From assembly GCA_046759465.1 (NCBI GenBank), contig JBHICH010000003.1, positions 2,504 through 66,503 on the forward strand: a stretch of DNA of 64,000 nucleotides. The letters are read 5' to 3'. The notes below the pieces were generated by a model. The model worked only from the letters and a program-made list of their open reading frames with translations. It made no database searches and was not told the DNA's origin. Within the stretch, counting starts at the first letter, position 1. Each line of letters begins with the position of its first letter. The DNA is from Nitrososphaerales archaeon (GTDB lineage Archaea > Thermoproteota > Nitrososphaeria > Nitrososphaerales > UBA213). Of this stretch, positions 1 through 9,582 are shown piece after piece. The position numbers were made by a program, and so were the translations under genes.

Positions 1-519
1 GGTACAATTTACCTTATCACAAGTGCGAAGAAGGTTGCATATATATCAGCAAGAAGGATCAAGGATGAAAGCGAACTTTCTGTAGAAATAGACCCAATAG
101 TTTACCCTACACCTTACAACCTTAAGTTTATCCTAAAGGAACCAAGCATTGGACTTTACAGCCCATCAAACACTCAAGGAACATTTTCTGCCAATACAGT
201 TACACCCATCCGTGCAGTAGATGTGATTCAACCCATGCAAGCAGATGATTTGGAAAACTACCTCGATTTCTGGATTACCCATAAGGCAAATGATACGTTG
301 GCAATAAAACTAAAGGCAGTGGAAGAAAAGATCAAGAGTATAAAAAGTTCTGCAGAGATTTTAGTAGAATCACTTTTGCTAATGAGCTCGCAACACCCTC
401 CAAGGCAACTGATCTGCTACTGCGAGGATCATGACTACGATCCGACACACAACCATGAAAGAACGGTTCCTCCAACTGCTGTGAAGGGACTGCTAAAACA
501 CCATTTGAAGTTGAACTAG
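1..519 (+). CDS. Hypothetical protein, 5'-truncated by the window edge
   Basis: Frame 1 is open from base 1 to the TAG at 517-519. The ORF track only reports it from an internal Met at 223. No recognisable motif. Confidence 0.4.
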   Translation, partial: GTIYLITSAKKVAYISARRIKDESELSVEIDPIVYPTPYNLKFILKEPSIGLYSPSNTQGTFSANTVTPIRAVDVIQPMQADDLENYLDFWITHKANDTLAIKLKAVEEKIKSIKSSAEILVESLLLMSSQHPPRQLICYCEDHDYDPTHNHERTVPPTAVKGLLKHHLKLN

Positions 520-1752
520 TTAAGAAACTACCTCAAAATCTATATGATTCTTCCTTAGAAATTTCATCAATCTCTCAGTATGTTGCTTGTCTTCCGTCTC
601 AAGGCTAAGAGTAACTTTAGCCTTGCCAACCGCAACATCTTGGCTTAACCTATCATGCAAAACTTCAACAATGTTTACCCTGTTGGCAACTATGCTATCA
701 ACAACGTGCTTCAACTCACCGGGTCTGTCAACTAACTGGATTGAAATCTTCAGCATCCTTCCTGTCTCAAGCAAGCCCTTGGACACTATCTGTCCAAGTA
801 GATACATGTCAACATTCCCTCCTGTAAGTATTGTAACAACTTTTTTACCCGCAAACGAGTTTCCGTTTGAGATTAGGTATGCCAATCCAGCCGCACCGGC
901 CGGTTCAACAACAAGCTTTGCTCTTTCCATGAGCAGAAACATTGTCTTGACAATTTCATTATCGTTTACAGTAACTACCTCATCGATATACTTACTCAAG
1001 ATCTCAAATGTCAACTCTCCAGGACGCTTTACAGATATACCATCAGCAATTGTTGAGCCAGAACTTGTTTCCACAATGGAACCTTTATCAAGTGAAACTT
1101 TCATTGCAGGAAACGCTTTTGACTGAACGCCAATCACCTTTACATGTGGTTTCTTTGACTTGATCGCTATCGCCAGTCCAGCTGCCAATCCACCGCCTCC
1201 AATTGGAACATAGATAGCATCCATGTTTGGCAGTTCTTCAAGTATTTCCAAACCAATCGTACCCTGTCCAGCAATAACATAAGGATCGTCAAACGCATGG
1301 ATCAGCGTTCTTCCCTGCTCTTCTGCTATCTGCTGCGCTTTATCCCATGATTGATCATATAGTATTCCATGCAAAACAACATCAGCACCATAGCTTCTTG
1401 TTGCTGAGACCTTTGCTGGCGAAGCGTTTGCTGGCATCACTATTGTGCAAGGAATTTTCTGCATAATAGATGCAAATGCAACCCCTTGTCCATGATTGCC
1501 TGCAGATGCCGCAACCACACCATTGCTCTTCTGCTTCTTTGAAAGCGAATTTATCTTAACATATGCGCCTCTAACCTTGAACGAACCAGTCTTTTGCAGT
1601 GATTCTAACTTGATGTACAACTTGCAATCTGTCATTCTGCTGAATGTGTTTGAATAGTCAAGAGGAGTTTTACGAATAACGTTGCGTAGAACTCTCTTCG
1701 CCTTTACTACATCCTTTAGATTAGGTTTCACCTCTCTTATCCCATTATACAC
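520..1752 (-). CDS. ilvA: Threonine ammonia-lyase (threonine dehydratase), PLP-dependent, with C-terminal ACT-like domain
   Basis: PLP-lysine motif SFKVRGA, the GNHGQGVA motif and the glycine loop PIGGGGL. The C-terminal ~80 aa look like a regulatory domain (LVDRPGELKHVV). Confidence 0.9.
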   Translation of the reverse strand: MYNGIREVKPNLKDVVKAKRVLRNVIRKTPLDYSNTFSRMTDCKLYIKLESLQKTGSFKVRGAYVKINSLSKKQKSNGVVAASAGNHGQGVAFASIMQKIPCTIVMPANASPAKVSATRSYGADVVLHGILYDQSWDKAQQIAEEQGRTLIHAFDDPYVIAGQGTIGLEILEELPNMDAIYVPIGGGGLAAGLAIAIKSKKPHVKVIGVQSKAFPAMKVSLDKGSIVETSSGSTIADGISVKRPGELTFEILSKYIDEVVTVNDNEIVKTMFLLMERAKLVVEPAGAAGLAYLISNGNSFAGKKVVTILTGGNVDMYLLGQIVSKGLLETGRMLKISIQLVDRPGELKHVVDSIVANRVNIVEVLHDRLSQDVAVGKAKVTLSLETEDKQHTERLMKFLRKNHIDFEVVS

Positions 1753-1936
1753 TCAAATATAATTTTGGTTGGCTCAATTGTTCAAGAGAGATAGCCGGTG
1801 TAAGGTACCATACCTCGATGAAGATGATCTAATCCCCATTATATGGTTCACATTCATCTAAGGACTAGAACGCTCTATCGAGCTAAATTAATAGCTCTAG
1901 AAAAAATTTAAAGGCTTTATACGCATTATCTATGAA

Positions 1937-2167
1937 GTGCGTCAGAGAGATCTCATCTTGATTTTGGTCATTGCGTCGATAGCAATAACCGCAGTCTCTC
2001 TACTCTATGGTGTATTCTTCCTCTTCTTATTTCTCCCGATAATGTTACCATTTGCATTTCGGCGTAGGTTCAGACTTCGGAGACAATCCATCTATAGGAA
2101 GCCACCGCCGGAGCAGAATGCTTGGACTTCTGATGAAGAGAAAGACTGGAGAGAGAAATGGAAGTAA
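1937..2167 (+). CDS. Small hypothetical membrane protein
   Basis: 76-aa ORF with a GTG start. One long hydrophobic stretch is followed by an Arg-rich tail. No homology recognised. Confidence 0.3.
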   Translation: MRQRDLILILVIASIAITAVSLLYGVFFLFLFLPIMLPFAFRRRFRLRRQSIYRKPPPEQNAWTSDEEKDWREKWK

Positions 2168-2222
2168 TAGTGTATAATACGACGGTGGAGAGAATAGGTT
2201 CCTTGTAGATTCGATAGTACCT

Positions 2223-2492
2223 TTAATCAGACACTACTCTTTTGCTTGTAGAACCGCATTTGGAGCACTCACTGCCTGTAAATTTATTTCCGCATAAATT
2301 GCAAACAAATGTTAATGTCTTCTCTCTTAATTCTAATAGTCTCTTCTTCTGCCATCCAACATAAAATTTGACACCAAAATAGATTAGAAGGGAAGCTACT
2401 ATGCCGTAAAGAAAACCAAGATAAGCGACCAAACTGATAGTTATGAAAATCATACCAACTATGAGAAGAATCTCTCTTCGATTGCCTTGCAA
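2223..2492 (-). CDS. Small membrane protein with C-terminal zinc ribbon
   Basis: Two predicted TM segments followed by CNLCG-x9-CSKCG (CxxC...CxxC). Confidence 0.4.
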   Translation of the reverse strand: MQGNRREILLIVGMIFITISLVAYLGFLYGIVASLLIYFGVKFYVGWQKKRLLELREKTLTFVCNLCGNKFTGSECSKCGSTSKRVVSD

Positions 2493-2550
2493 TACCTCTC
2501 GTAAATTTGCAAAAGATAAAAGTGTTTGTTTGAATAGAAACTCTACAAAC

Positions 2551-3510
2551 TTATTGTTTGGAAAGGAGTAGTATCATCCCTTCAACATTTTTCCTATCTA
2601 CGGCCTTGGGACACTGTTCCAGATACCTGGCAAAATCGTCAGCAGCTCCTTTCTTGTTTCCAAGCTCTATCCTTGCTATTGCTCTGTTTTTGTAGATTGG
2701 TCCAAATCTATACTGATTGATCTCGAGCGCTTTTGAATAGTGTTTTTCTGCCTGCGAGAAATCTTTCTTCTTTAGGTAATAATTTCCCAAACCGCGATAC
2801 GCAAGGTAATACTTTAGATTCAGTTTTATTGCCATTTCATAACACTTCACCGCTTCATGAGATCCAAGCTCATTGTATAATGTACCAAGCTGGCTCCATA
2901 TCCTAGGATTATCTGGCTCAATTTCTTTTGCGTTAGTAAGTGTAGAGATCGCATGTTCATACTTTGCCTGCATATGCAACTTTTCAGCGACAAAGCACAA
3001 CCTATTAGATTTAGTAAATGTCAACTCATCACGCTCTACAACCTTTGCCATATCTTCTGGCAGTACCATCAATGTGACGTTCTCATCTTGCTTCCATAGA
3101 TCATTGAACTGCTTGTAGGTTATAGCACCAATTTTGTCAGGTTCTGGGAAGTATGTCAATACTCTATTGGTGCTGTCATCATAGCCCGATATCACAGTAG
3201 CGTGCTGCACAGTTTCCTGTATACCAGGAAGAATAACAATTGGCGGTAAACCTTGATCGATCCTCTTCTTGATATCCTCAAGTGATCCTTTGTAGATGAA
3301 TGATTTGAAGCCATGCTTTTCTGCTAACTCAATGCCCTCCATCATTATCGTGCCCTTGCTCTTTGGATACATTTTAGCAATCTCTTTAGCTTCGTTAATG
3401 GCAATCTCCTCTCCCCAGTACCTTGATACAACGCTAATTACTAGCGGCAAGCAGATGTTGTCCTCCTCCTCTCTAACCAATGGAAGCTCAAGCGTATGAC
3501 CCGATTCCAA
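2551..3510 (-). CDS. C39-like cysteine peptidase domain fused to TPR repeats
   Basis: The N-terminal ~150 aa show a papain-like C39_2 pattern: a Cys in EDNICLPLVISV and a His in VQHATVISGYD. The C-terminal half has TPR-like repeats (AxxxYxxAIxLNP-type, WSQLGTLYNELG, AYRGLGNYY). Confidence 0.65.
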   Translation of the reverse strand: MESGHTLELPLVREEEDNICLPLVISVVSRYWGEEIAINEAKEIAKMYPKSKGTIMMEGIELAEKHGFKSFIYKGSLEDIKKRIDQGLPPIVILPGIQETVQHATVISGYDDSTNRVLTYFPEPDKIGAITYKQFNDLWKQDENVTLMVLPEDMAKVVERDELTFTKSNRLCFVAEKLHMQAKYEHAISTLTNAKEIEPDNPRIWSQLGTLYNELGSHEAVKCYEMAIKLNLKYYLAYRGLGNYYLKKKDFSQAEKHYSKALEINQYRFGPIYKNRAIARIELGNKKGAADDFARYLEQCPKAVDRKNVEGMILLLSKQ

Positions 3511-3564
3511 GGTCGAAAATTAGGAAAATATATGATAAAAATCTATTCAAAAAATGGTTAGAGG

Positions 3565-4065
3565 CTATTCTACGTCTACCTTTTCCTTACCTTGCTTCCC
3601 TTGCAGCTTCTTCAATTCATCTACCAAGAACTTCTTGTACTTCTTCTTCTCTTCTTTTGTCATCTTGTCAACATTGTCGCTTAAAATTACTCCCATCGCT
3701 GTGACTCTATCAAGTATGTCCATTGCAATGAACTTGCCAACATTTCCTATTCGCATCAACACATCAAGTTGCTTCTTTATTACATCCTGTATGGAGCTTA
3801 GATCACCAAGAACGTCAATTCCCTTGTCTGTGATACTGTATTTGCCAGCTTCATCCTCGTCGATCAAGCCCTCCTGCAAAAGTCTGCCAAGCAATGGGTA
3901 AACCAAGCCTGGAGATGGTTTCCACATACCATCGCTCTGCTTTGACGCTGATTCTATGATCTGCTTTCCCGTCATGGGTTGTTCCTGGAGGATGCCAAGC
4001 ACGTAGAAGCGAGAAAAGCCTCTTGGAACAGAACTGCCAACTCTCTGAAGCCAACTTGCTATCAT
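3565..4065 (-). CDS. padR: PadR-family transcriptional regulator
   Basis: Winged-helix PadR signature FYVLGILQEQPMTGKQI...PSPGLVYPLLGRLLQEGLI, followed by a C-terminal coiled region. Confidence 0.8.
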   Translation of the reverse strand: MIASWLQRVGSSVPRGFSRFYVLGILQEQPMTGKQIIESASKQSDGMWKPSPGLVYPLLGRLLQEGLIDEDEAGKYSITDKGIDVLGDLSSIQDVIKKQLDVLMRIGNVGKFIAMDILDRVTAMGVILSDNVDKMTKEEKKKYKKFLVDELKKLQGKQGKEKVDVE

Positions 4066-4082
4066 TTTGTATCACTAGTGAG

Positions 4083-4096
4083 TATCTCTAGAGATA
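4083..4096. promoter_or_regulatory. Perfect 14-bp palindrome tatctctagagata in the padR/sdhA divergent region; candidate PadR operator
   Basis: Read directly from the sequence. It lies 18-31 nt upstream of the padR start codon and overlaps an A/T-rich TATA-like stretch (atatatttaa). Confidence 0.35.
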
Positions 4097-4222
4097 TATT
4101 TAAGCTTTCCTTGCCACGTTTACAGTGTATTTTGCCGTAAACATCCAAGCGGCTGAAAAGTTAGCAAACTGCGTTAGAATAGATTAAACTATAATACATC
4201 ATAATTACATATTTGAAGGGAT

Positions 4223-5935
4223 TTGCCAGACATCATTGAGCATGATGTAATTATTGTAGGTTCTGGTCTTGCTGGTTTGCGTGCAGCCATTGAAGCCGCA
4301 AGAACGAGCAAAAAGTTGAGTATTGCTGTGATTTCCAAGGTTCAAGTAATGCGCTCGCATTCCGTATCTGCAGAAGGCGGCACGGCAGCTGTTCTTTATC
4401 CGGAGGAAGGAGACAGTTTTGAATCTCATATCTATGACACGATCAAGGGAAGCGACTTTCTAGCTGATCAGAACTGCGTTGAGCGTCTAGTCTACAGCAT
4501 GCCAAGTGAAATCTATAAGTTGGAGCATTGGGGTATGCCATGGTCAAGAAAGGAGGATGGAAGGGTCGCTCAGCGCTACTTTGGAGGATATAGCTTCCCA
4601 CGGGCAAGTTATGCGCAAGACAAAGTAGGATTTTACCAAATGCAAACTTTGTATGATACTGCATTGAAGTATGCCAACATAAACTTCTACAACGAATGGT
4701 TTGTAACTTCCTTGCTACACGAAGATCACCAGTTTAGAGGCTTGACTGCAATCGATATTGCAACTGGGAACTTTGGTGTTTTCAAAGCTAAAGCTTGCAT
4801 AATAGCAACTGGTGGTGCTGGTAGAATCTACTCGTTTGCAACATATGCATTGTCATCAACTCCAGACGGTCTTGACATGGCCTATAGAGCAGGTTTGGCA
4901 TTGAAGGACATGGAGTTTGTGCAGTTCCATCCAACAGGCATACTTCCATCTGGTATACTTGTAACCGAAGGAGCGAGGGGCGAAGGTGGATATTTGATAA
5001 ACAAAGATGGAGAACGGCTCATGAAGAAGTACGCGCCAAACAAACTAGAGTTGGCATCTAGAGACATTGTCTCAAGAGGAATGATTATTGAGATAGTTGA
5101 AGGGAGGGGTTTCAAAGATGGGGCAACTGGAATGAGCTACCTTCTGCTTGACTTGAGACATCTAGGGGCTCAAAAGATCAAGGAAAGACTTCTAGGTATC
5201 AGGGAGATCACAATGAAGTTTGCGGGTTTAGATCCAATTGACGAACCGATTCCAGTTAGACCAGTATGTCATTACATGATGGGAGGTGTGCATGTGAACA
5301 TAGACGGAGCGTCGGAGATGCCGGGACTCTGGGCAGCTGGTGAAGCAGCATGCGTAAGCGTTAATGGTGCCAACAGATTGGGTGCCAATTCAACTGCAGA
5401 GTGTTTGGTCTGGGGCAAGTTCACCGGGGAATTGGCGGCGAAGTATGCTTTGGAGCATGGCACACAAGACCTGCCCAATGATATGATCAGAAATGAAGAG
5501 AAAAGGATCTACGATGGAATCTTCCGTGGTGCTGGAGAAGCAAATCCTTACCAGATCACGAAAGAGTTAACAGACATGATGGATGAAAAGGCTCACGTAT
5601 ATAGAAATGAGCAGGGACTTGCAGAGGGGATAAAGAAAGTTAAGGAGTTACAGGCAAGAACATGGAAGCACGTTGATGACAAGGCGAAAGAATACAACAC
5701 GAACTTTACAAATGTGATGGAACTGGATTCGATGCTAAGAGCTTGCGAAGTTGTGCTTGTTAGCGCATACAACAGATTGGAATCTAGGGGCGCACATGCA
5801 AGGCTTGACTATCCACAACGTGATGATAAGAACTTCCTCAAGCACACAGTTGCTTACTATACAGGTGACGGACCCAAACTTGCCTACTATCCAGTAACTA
5901 TTACAAAATATAAACCCGAAGAACGACACTATTGA
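4223..5935 (+). CDS. sdhA: Succinate dehydrogenase/fumarate reductase flavoprotein subunit
   Basis: FAD fold VIIVGSGLAGLRAA, covalent-FAD His context RSHSVSAEGG, and the HPTG and RLGANS motifs. TTG start. Confidence 0.95.
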   Translation: MPDIIEHDVIIVGSGLAGLRAAIEAARTSKKLSIAVISKVQVMRSHSVSAEGGTAAVLYPEEGDSFESHIYDTIKGSDFLADQNCVERLVYSMPSEIYKLEHWGMPWSRKEDGRVAQRYFGGYSFPRASYAQDKVGFYQMQTLYDTALKYANINFYNEWFVTSLLHEDHQFRGLTAIDIATGNFGVFKAKACIIATGGAGRIYSFATYALSSTPDGLDMAYRAGLALKDMEFVQFHPTGILPSGILVTEGARGEGGYLINKDGERLMKKYAPNKLELASRDIVSRGMIIEIVEGRGFKDGATGMSYLLLDLRHLGAQKIKERLLGIREITMKFAGLDPIDEPIPVRPVCHYMMGGVHVNIDGASEMPGLWAAGEAACVSVNGANRLGANSTAECLVWGKFTGELAAKYALEHGTQDLPNDMIRNEEKRIYDGIFRGAGEANPYQITKELTDMMDEKAHVYRNEQGLAEGIKKVKELQARTWKHVDDKAKEYNTNFTNVMELDSMLRACEVVLVSAYNRLESRGAHARLDYPQRDDKNFLKHTVAYYTGDGPKLAYYPVTITKYKPEERHY

Positions 5936-5945
5936 TGCGAATTGT

Positions 5946-6377
5946 TTGGTGCAAAAAGAAAACAGAGAGGGCGTGAAAGGGTGGTTAAACCCATCTAGAT
6001 ACGGGCTATCAAGAATTTCGTACTGGCTGCAGAGATTGACAGGTGTTGGTTTGCTTGCATACTTCATAGCACATGTTATTGAAACTAGCTCTTTGGCTGA
6101 AGGCAAACTTGCTTGGGAAGCGATGCTTGACCTTACGCAAACACCTGGAGGGCATCTAATACTGATTATAGTGATCGGAATGTCTGCTTTTCATGCTGCA
6201 AATGGTGTAAGGTTGTATATTACAGAAGGAGGCAGGGGAATTGGAAGGCCTGGCAGACCAGATTATCCATACAGACCAGTATCCTTGAGCCCAAGGGTAC
6301 GAGCATGCATATGGGTATCCATAGCACTTGCTGCACTTGCAATGATGTATGGTGCTACTGTACTGTTTGGAGAGTGA
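5946..6377 (+). CDS. sdhC: Succinate dehydrogenase membrane (cytochrome b-like) subunit
   Basis: Sits between sdhA and sdhB. It has three hydrophobic helices and an N-terminal pattern (RISYWLQRLTGVGLLAYFIAH) typical of SdhC. Confidence 0.7.
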   Translation: MVQKENREGVKGWLNPSRYGLSRISYWLQRLTGVGLLAYFIAHVIETSSLAEGKLAWEAMLDLTQTPGGHLILIIVIGMSAFHAANGVRLYITEGGRGIGRPGRPDYPYRPVSLSPRVRACIWVSIALAALAMMYGATVLFGE

Positions 6378-6381
6378 TTGC

Positions 6382-6729
6382 ATGCGGGAAAGTCACATAA
6401 TGAACATTCATTACATAACTGCTCTAGCAGCACTCGTGCTGGTTGGCACACACATAATGTTCAGGCTGATAATGCCCTATGCAGAAAGTTTGCAGTATGA
6501 AAACGTGATTGCGAATTACCGGAACTTACCATACTCTATAGTACTGGAATTGATACTTGTTACAGTAGCGATACATGGATTCAATGGATTACGAATAATA
6601 CTGATCGAATGGAGGCAGGGAAAGCACTGGGAGAAGGGTGTGACTTGGACTTGTATAGCAGCTACGATAGCGATCATTGCTTACGGAACAAGAACCATTC
6701 TACTAGCCAGCATGGCAGGTGTAGCCTGA
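6382..6729 (+). CDS. sdhD: Succinate dehydrogenase small membrane anchor subunit
   Basis: The operon position fits and it has three TM helices. I chose ATG 6382 because it lies just after the sdhC stop (6375-6377); the ORF track starts at 6349. Confidence 0.6.
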   Translation: MRESHIMNIHYITALAALVLVGTHIMFRLIMPYAESLQYENVIANYRNLPYSIVLELILVTVAIHGFNGLRIILIEWRQGKHWEKGVTWTCIAATIAIIAYGTRTILLASMAGVA

Positions 6730-6743
6730 CGAAGACAATAAAA

Positions 6744-7487
6744 TTGAAAGTATTCAGGTATATCCCTAGCATTGATGTTCGTCCAAGATACGACACCTTC
6801 GAGGTTCCTGCTGAAAGATGGACTACTGTTCTTGATGCCCTACTTCATGTGAAGGCCTACAAGGATCACTCTATTGCAATCAGGTATTCATGTGGGATGT
6901 CTTCATGTGGTTCCTGTGGCATGATGATCAACGGCATGCCAAAACTTGCTTGCGATACGAAAGTATCTGAACTTAATAATGACACAATTACCTGCGAGCC
7001 AATGGCAAACTTTCCAGTCATAAGGGACCTTGCAACCGACTTTACTAGGTTCTTCCATCACCATAAAGAAATGAGACCTTACATAGTAAACGAGGATGTT
7101 GAAGCGGCAGTTAATGCAGAAACAGGAGAATTTTTGCAGAAACCTAAGCAAGTTGAGGCGTTCCTCCAATTTTCCTACTGCATAAAATGCGGATTATGCT
7201 ATTCTGCATGCCCAACGGTAGCTACTGATAAAAACTTCCCAGGTCCGCAAGCGTTAGCACAAATGTATCGCTACTTGGCAGATAATAGGGATCAATCATC
7301 AGATGAGAGACTGAAGACCGTTGACGACAGACATGGCGTTTGGAGATGCCACTTTGCGGGCTCATGTAGCAAGGTATGTCCAAAGGGTGTTGATCCAGCA
7401 CTTGGCATTCAACTGCTAAGAGGATATATGATGGGATTTTCAAAGAAAGAAAAGAGTACTGCCAAGCTTTACAAGCCTGAAAAATAA
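6744..7487 (+). CDS. sdhB: Succinate dehydrogenase iron-sulfur subunit
   Basis: Three Cys clusters: CGMSSCGSCGMMING, CIKCGLCYSACP and CHFAGSCSKVCP. The start is uncertain. The only in-frame ATG (6609) would overlap sdhD by 121 nt, so TTG 6744 is used here. Confidence 0.9.
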   Translation: MKVFRYIPSIDVRPRYDTFEVPAERWTTVLDALLHVKAYKDHSIAIRYSCGMSSCGSCGMMINGMPKLACDTKVSELNNDTITCEPMANFPVIRDLATDFTRFFHHHKEMRPYIVNEDVEAAVNAETGEFLQKPKQVEAFLQFSYCIKCGLCYSACPTVATDKNFPGPQALAQMYRYLADNRDQSSDERLKTVDDRHGVWRCHFAGSCSKVCPKGVDPALGIQLLRGYMMGFSKKEKSTAKLYKPEK

Positions 7488-7488
7488 T

Positions 7489-7839
7489 TTACTTGTCGTA
7501 AAGTTGGAAGGTCTCCGAGCTAGCACCTGCTTGCGTACTGCCTTCGTTGACCTGCTTGTTTATTGCCTCAGCCATGAAGTGATTGCTAACATTAACTATA
7601 ACTTTCTTTACGCCTTCAATCTTTCCAATATTGTCATGTACGTCCTGCGCTATCTTGAAACCAAATACGGCTGGACAGAAGGGGCTTGTAAGGTGTAGAT
7701 CAACCTTGACATTTCCGTCTTGTATGTCAACGTTATCAACAAGGTTTAACTCCATTATAGATACTCCAATTTCAGGATCTACTATTGGTGATAGTGCATC
7801 GAATATCTTCTTCTTTACCTCCTGCAGATCCATGCTCAT
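7489..7839 (-). CDS. DUF59/MIP18-family Fe-S cluster assembly protein (SufT-like)
   Basis: IVDPEIGVSIMELNLV ... LTSPFCPA signature. The start is trimmed to Met57 (MSMDLQEV) of the 172-aa track ORF. Confidence 0.75.
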   Translation of the reverse strand: MSMDLQEVKKKIFDALSPIVDPEIGVSIMELNLVDNVDIQDGNVKVDLHLTSPFCPAVFGFKIAQDVHDNIGKIEGVKKVIVNVSNHFMAEAINKQVNEGSTQAGASSETFQLYDK

Positions 7840-8025
7840 TGCTGAAATTACACTAACGCTATATATAACCATATACAAGAAAATATCTAATACTGTTTCT
7901 CTCCCTTCCATTTTGAAAATGCAAGAATATCTTTTGTTTAAAACTAGGGGATACCTGTGAAGATGCATCCCTTGTGTGAGAGGCGAAAAATTGAGTATAT
8001 ATACCAATTATAATTTGCATTATGC

Positions 8026-9489
8026 ATGTATCGATCAAGGTTAAAGCGCAAGCTTGACAAAGATGCATTGAAATTCCTGTCTTCGGTTAGTGATGACCTT
8101 GCCCTATTGTATTACGACATTGTTGGCAGTGAAGCTCACTCACTAATGCTTTATGAGAATGGTTTGATAAAGCTGGCAGAACTGAAGAAGATAATCGCCG
8201 CATTGGAGAGCATTAAGAACGCAGACCTGAAGAAACTAGCATCTGATGAATATGAAGACATACATGAAGCTGTAGAAGCTTACGTCGTGGAAAGAGCAGG
8301 TATTAATGCTGGAGGCAAGATGCAGACTGCAAGATCAAGAAACGATCAGGTTTCACTTGACATAAGGATGAAGGTGAGAGATGACATCAATGGTACTTGT
8401 AAAGACTTGCTTACACTTATCGATATGCTGATCGCCAAGGCAGATCGCAACAAGGATGCAATAATGGTAATGTACACGCACCTACAGCATGCACAGATTG
8501 GAACTTTTTCACACTATCTGCTTTCATATGCAGACGCCTTGTTCCGTGACCTAGACAGGCTGTACATCTGCTACGGAAGGGTAAACCAATCCCCATTAGG
8601 AGCAGGCGCTATCGGAGGCACGTCGATCAAGATAGATCGTAAGAACACCGCATCACGGCTTGGCTTTGACAGCTTGGTGGAAAACTCGATCGATGCAACA
8701 ACTGCAAGAGACTTTATGCTCGAATTCTGCTTTGACCTCGCCATGATAATGCTTGATCTAAGCAGGATTGCAGAGGACTATGTGCTCTGGTCATCATCAG
8801 AGTTCAACTACATCGAGATTTCAGACGAGTTTACATCGAGTTCAAGCGTCATGCCCCAAAAGAAAAATCCTTGTCCTTTGGAACTTACGAGAGCCAAGAC
8901 TTCACTATTATTGGGCTTGCTCCTGAGCCTCATGGGAACGGTGAAGTCTTTACCTTCAGGATACAGTAGGGACCTACAAGACACGAAACATATGCTCTGG
9001 CAGGCAATCTCAATCGCTAAAGACGTGTTGAAATTGATGAATTCCATAGTAGGCACTGTAAAGGTAAACAAGAAAGTGATGCTGGAGGCTGCGCAAAACA
9101 GTTATGCAATTTCGCTTGACATTGCAGAAGAACTGGTAAAGAAGGGAGTTGCATTCAGGCAGGCACATAAGATTCTAGGTTCATTGGTAAAGGTTGCCTC
9201 TGACTCCAATAAAAGTTTGAAGGAGCTTAGCGATAAGGAGATAAAATCTGCTGTTGGGAAAGATTTTCCTGTAGATGAAATTGCTGGTATGATTAAGAGC
9301 GCGGATCTAAAACGTTGCTTGGAATCAAGGCCATCATTGGGCTCTCCAAATCCAAAAGAGCAGGAGAGAATGATCAACGATAGGAAGTTAAAGGCAAATG
9401 GCTATAGGATAGGTATAGAAAAGAGGACGAAGCAAATAAGCGACTCCTTTGGCAACCTGGAGAAGAGCGTTAGATCACTGCTAACTTAA
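8026..9489 (+). CDS. argH: Argininosuccinate lyase
   Basis: Fumarate-lyase signature SSVMPQKKNP, plus TARSRNDQV and the HLQHAQ motif. Confidence 0.93.
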   Translation: MYRSRLKRKLDKDALKFLSSVSDDLALLYYDIVGSEAHSLMLYENGLIKLAELKKIIAALESIKNADLKKLASDEYEDIHEAVEAYVVERAGINAGGKMQTARSRNDQVSLDIRMKVRDDINGTCKDLLTLIDMLIAKADRNKDAIMVMYTHLQHAQIGTFSHYLLSYADALFRDLDRLYICYGRVNQSPLGAGAIGGTSIKIDRKNTASRLGFDSLVENSIDATTARDFMLEFCFDLAMIMLDLSRIAEDYVLWSSSEFNYIEISDEFTSSSSVMPQKKNPCPLELTRAKTSLLLGLLLSLMGTVKSLPSGYSRDLQDTKHMLWQAISIAKDVLKLMNSIVGTVKVNKKVMLEAAQNSYAISLDIAEELVKKGVAFRQAHKILGSLVKVASDSNKSLKELSDKEIKSAVGKDFPVDEIAGMIKSADLKRCLESRPSLGSPNPKEQERMINDRKLKANGYRIGIEKRTKQISDSFGNLEKSVRSLLT

Positions 9490-9582
9490 TTATCATGTTG
9501 TTTTCTTGATGATTTTTGTAACTTGAATTAGGTTCATTCCACTGCCGATTAACTGGGAGAGGCAAAAAAGGGCTTTAATTCA

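Noticed and set aside
587-1126. A 179-aa plus-strand ORF inside ilvA.
   Set aside because: It is antisense to a motif-rich threonine dehydratase, and its Ser/Thr-rich product has no motifs. It is a shadow ORF.
1753-1936. A possible C/D-box sRNA in the ilvA upstream region (gatgaagatgatc).
   Set aside because: There is no proper RUGAUGA C box paired with a CUGA D box at the right spacing, and no terminal stem.
6609-6743. ATG 6609 as the sdhB start (the ORF-track call, 292 aa).
   Set aside because: It would overlap sdhD by 121 nt, and the extra residues do not resemble SdhB. I keep it only as an unresolved alternative (see the sdhB start finding).
7840-8007. The N-terminal 56 residues of the 172-aa DUF59 ORF.
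   Set aside because: The extension is hydrophobic or odd in composition and would eliminate the promoter space shared with argH. The DUF59 domain begins at the internal MSMDLQEV.
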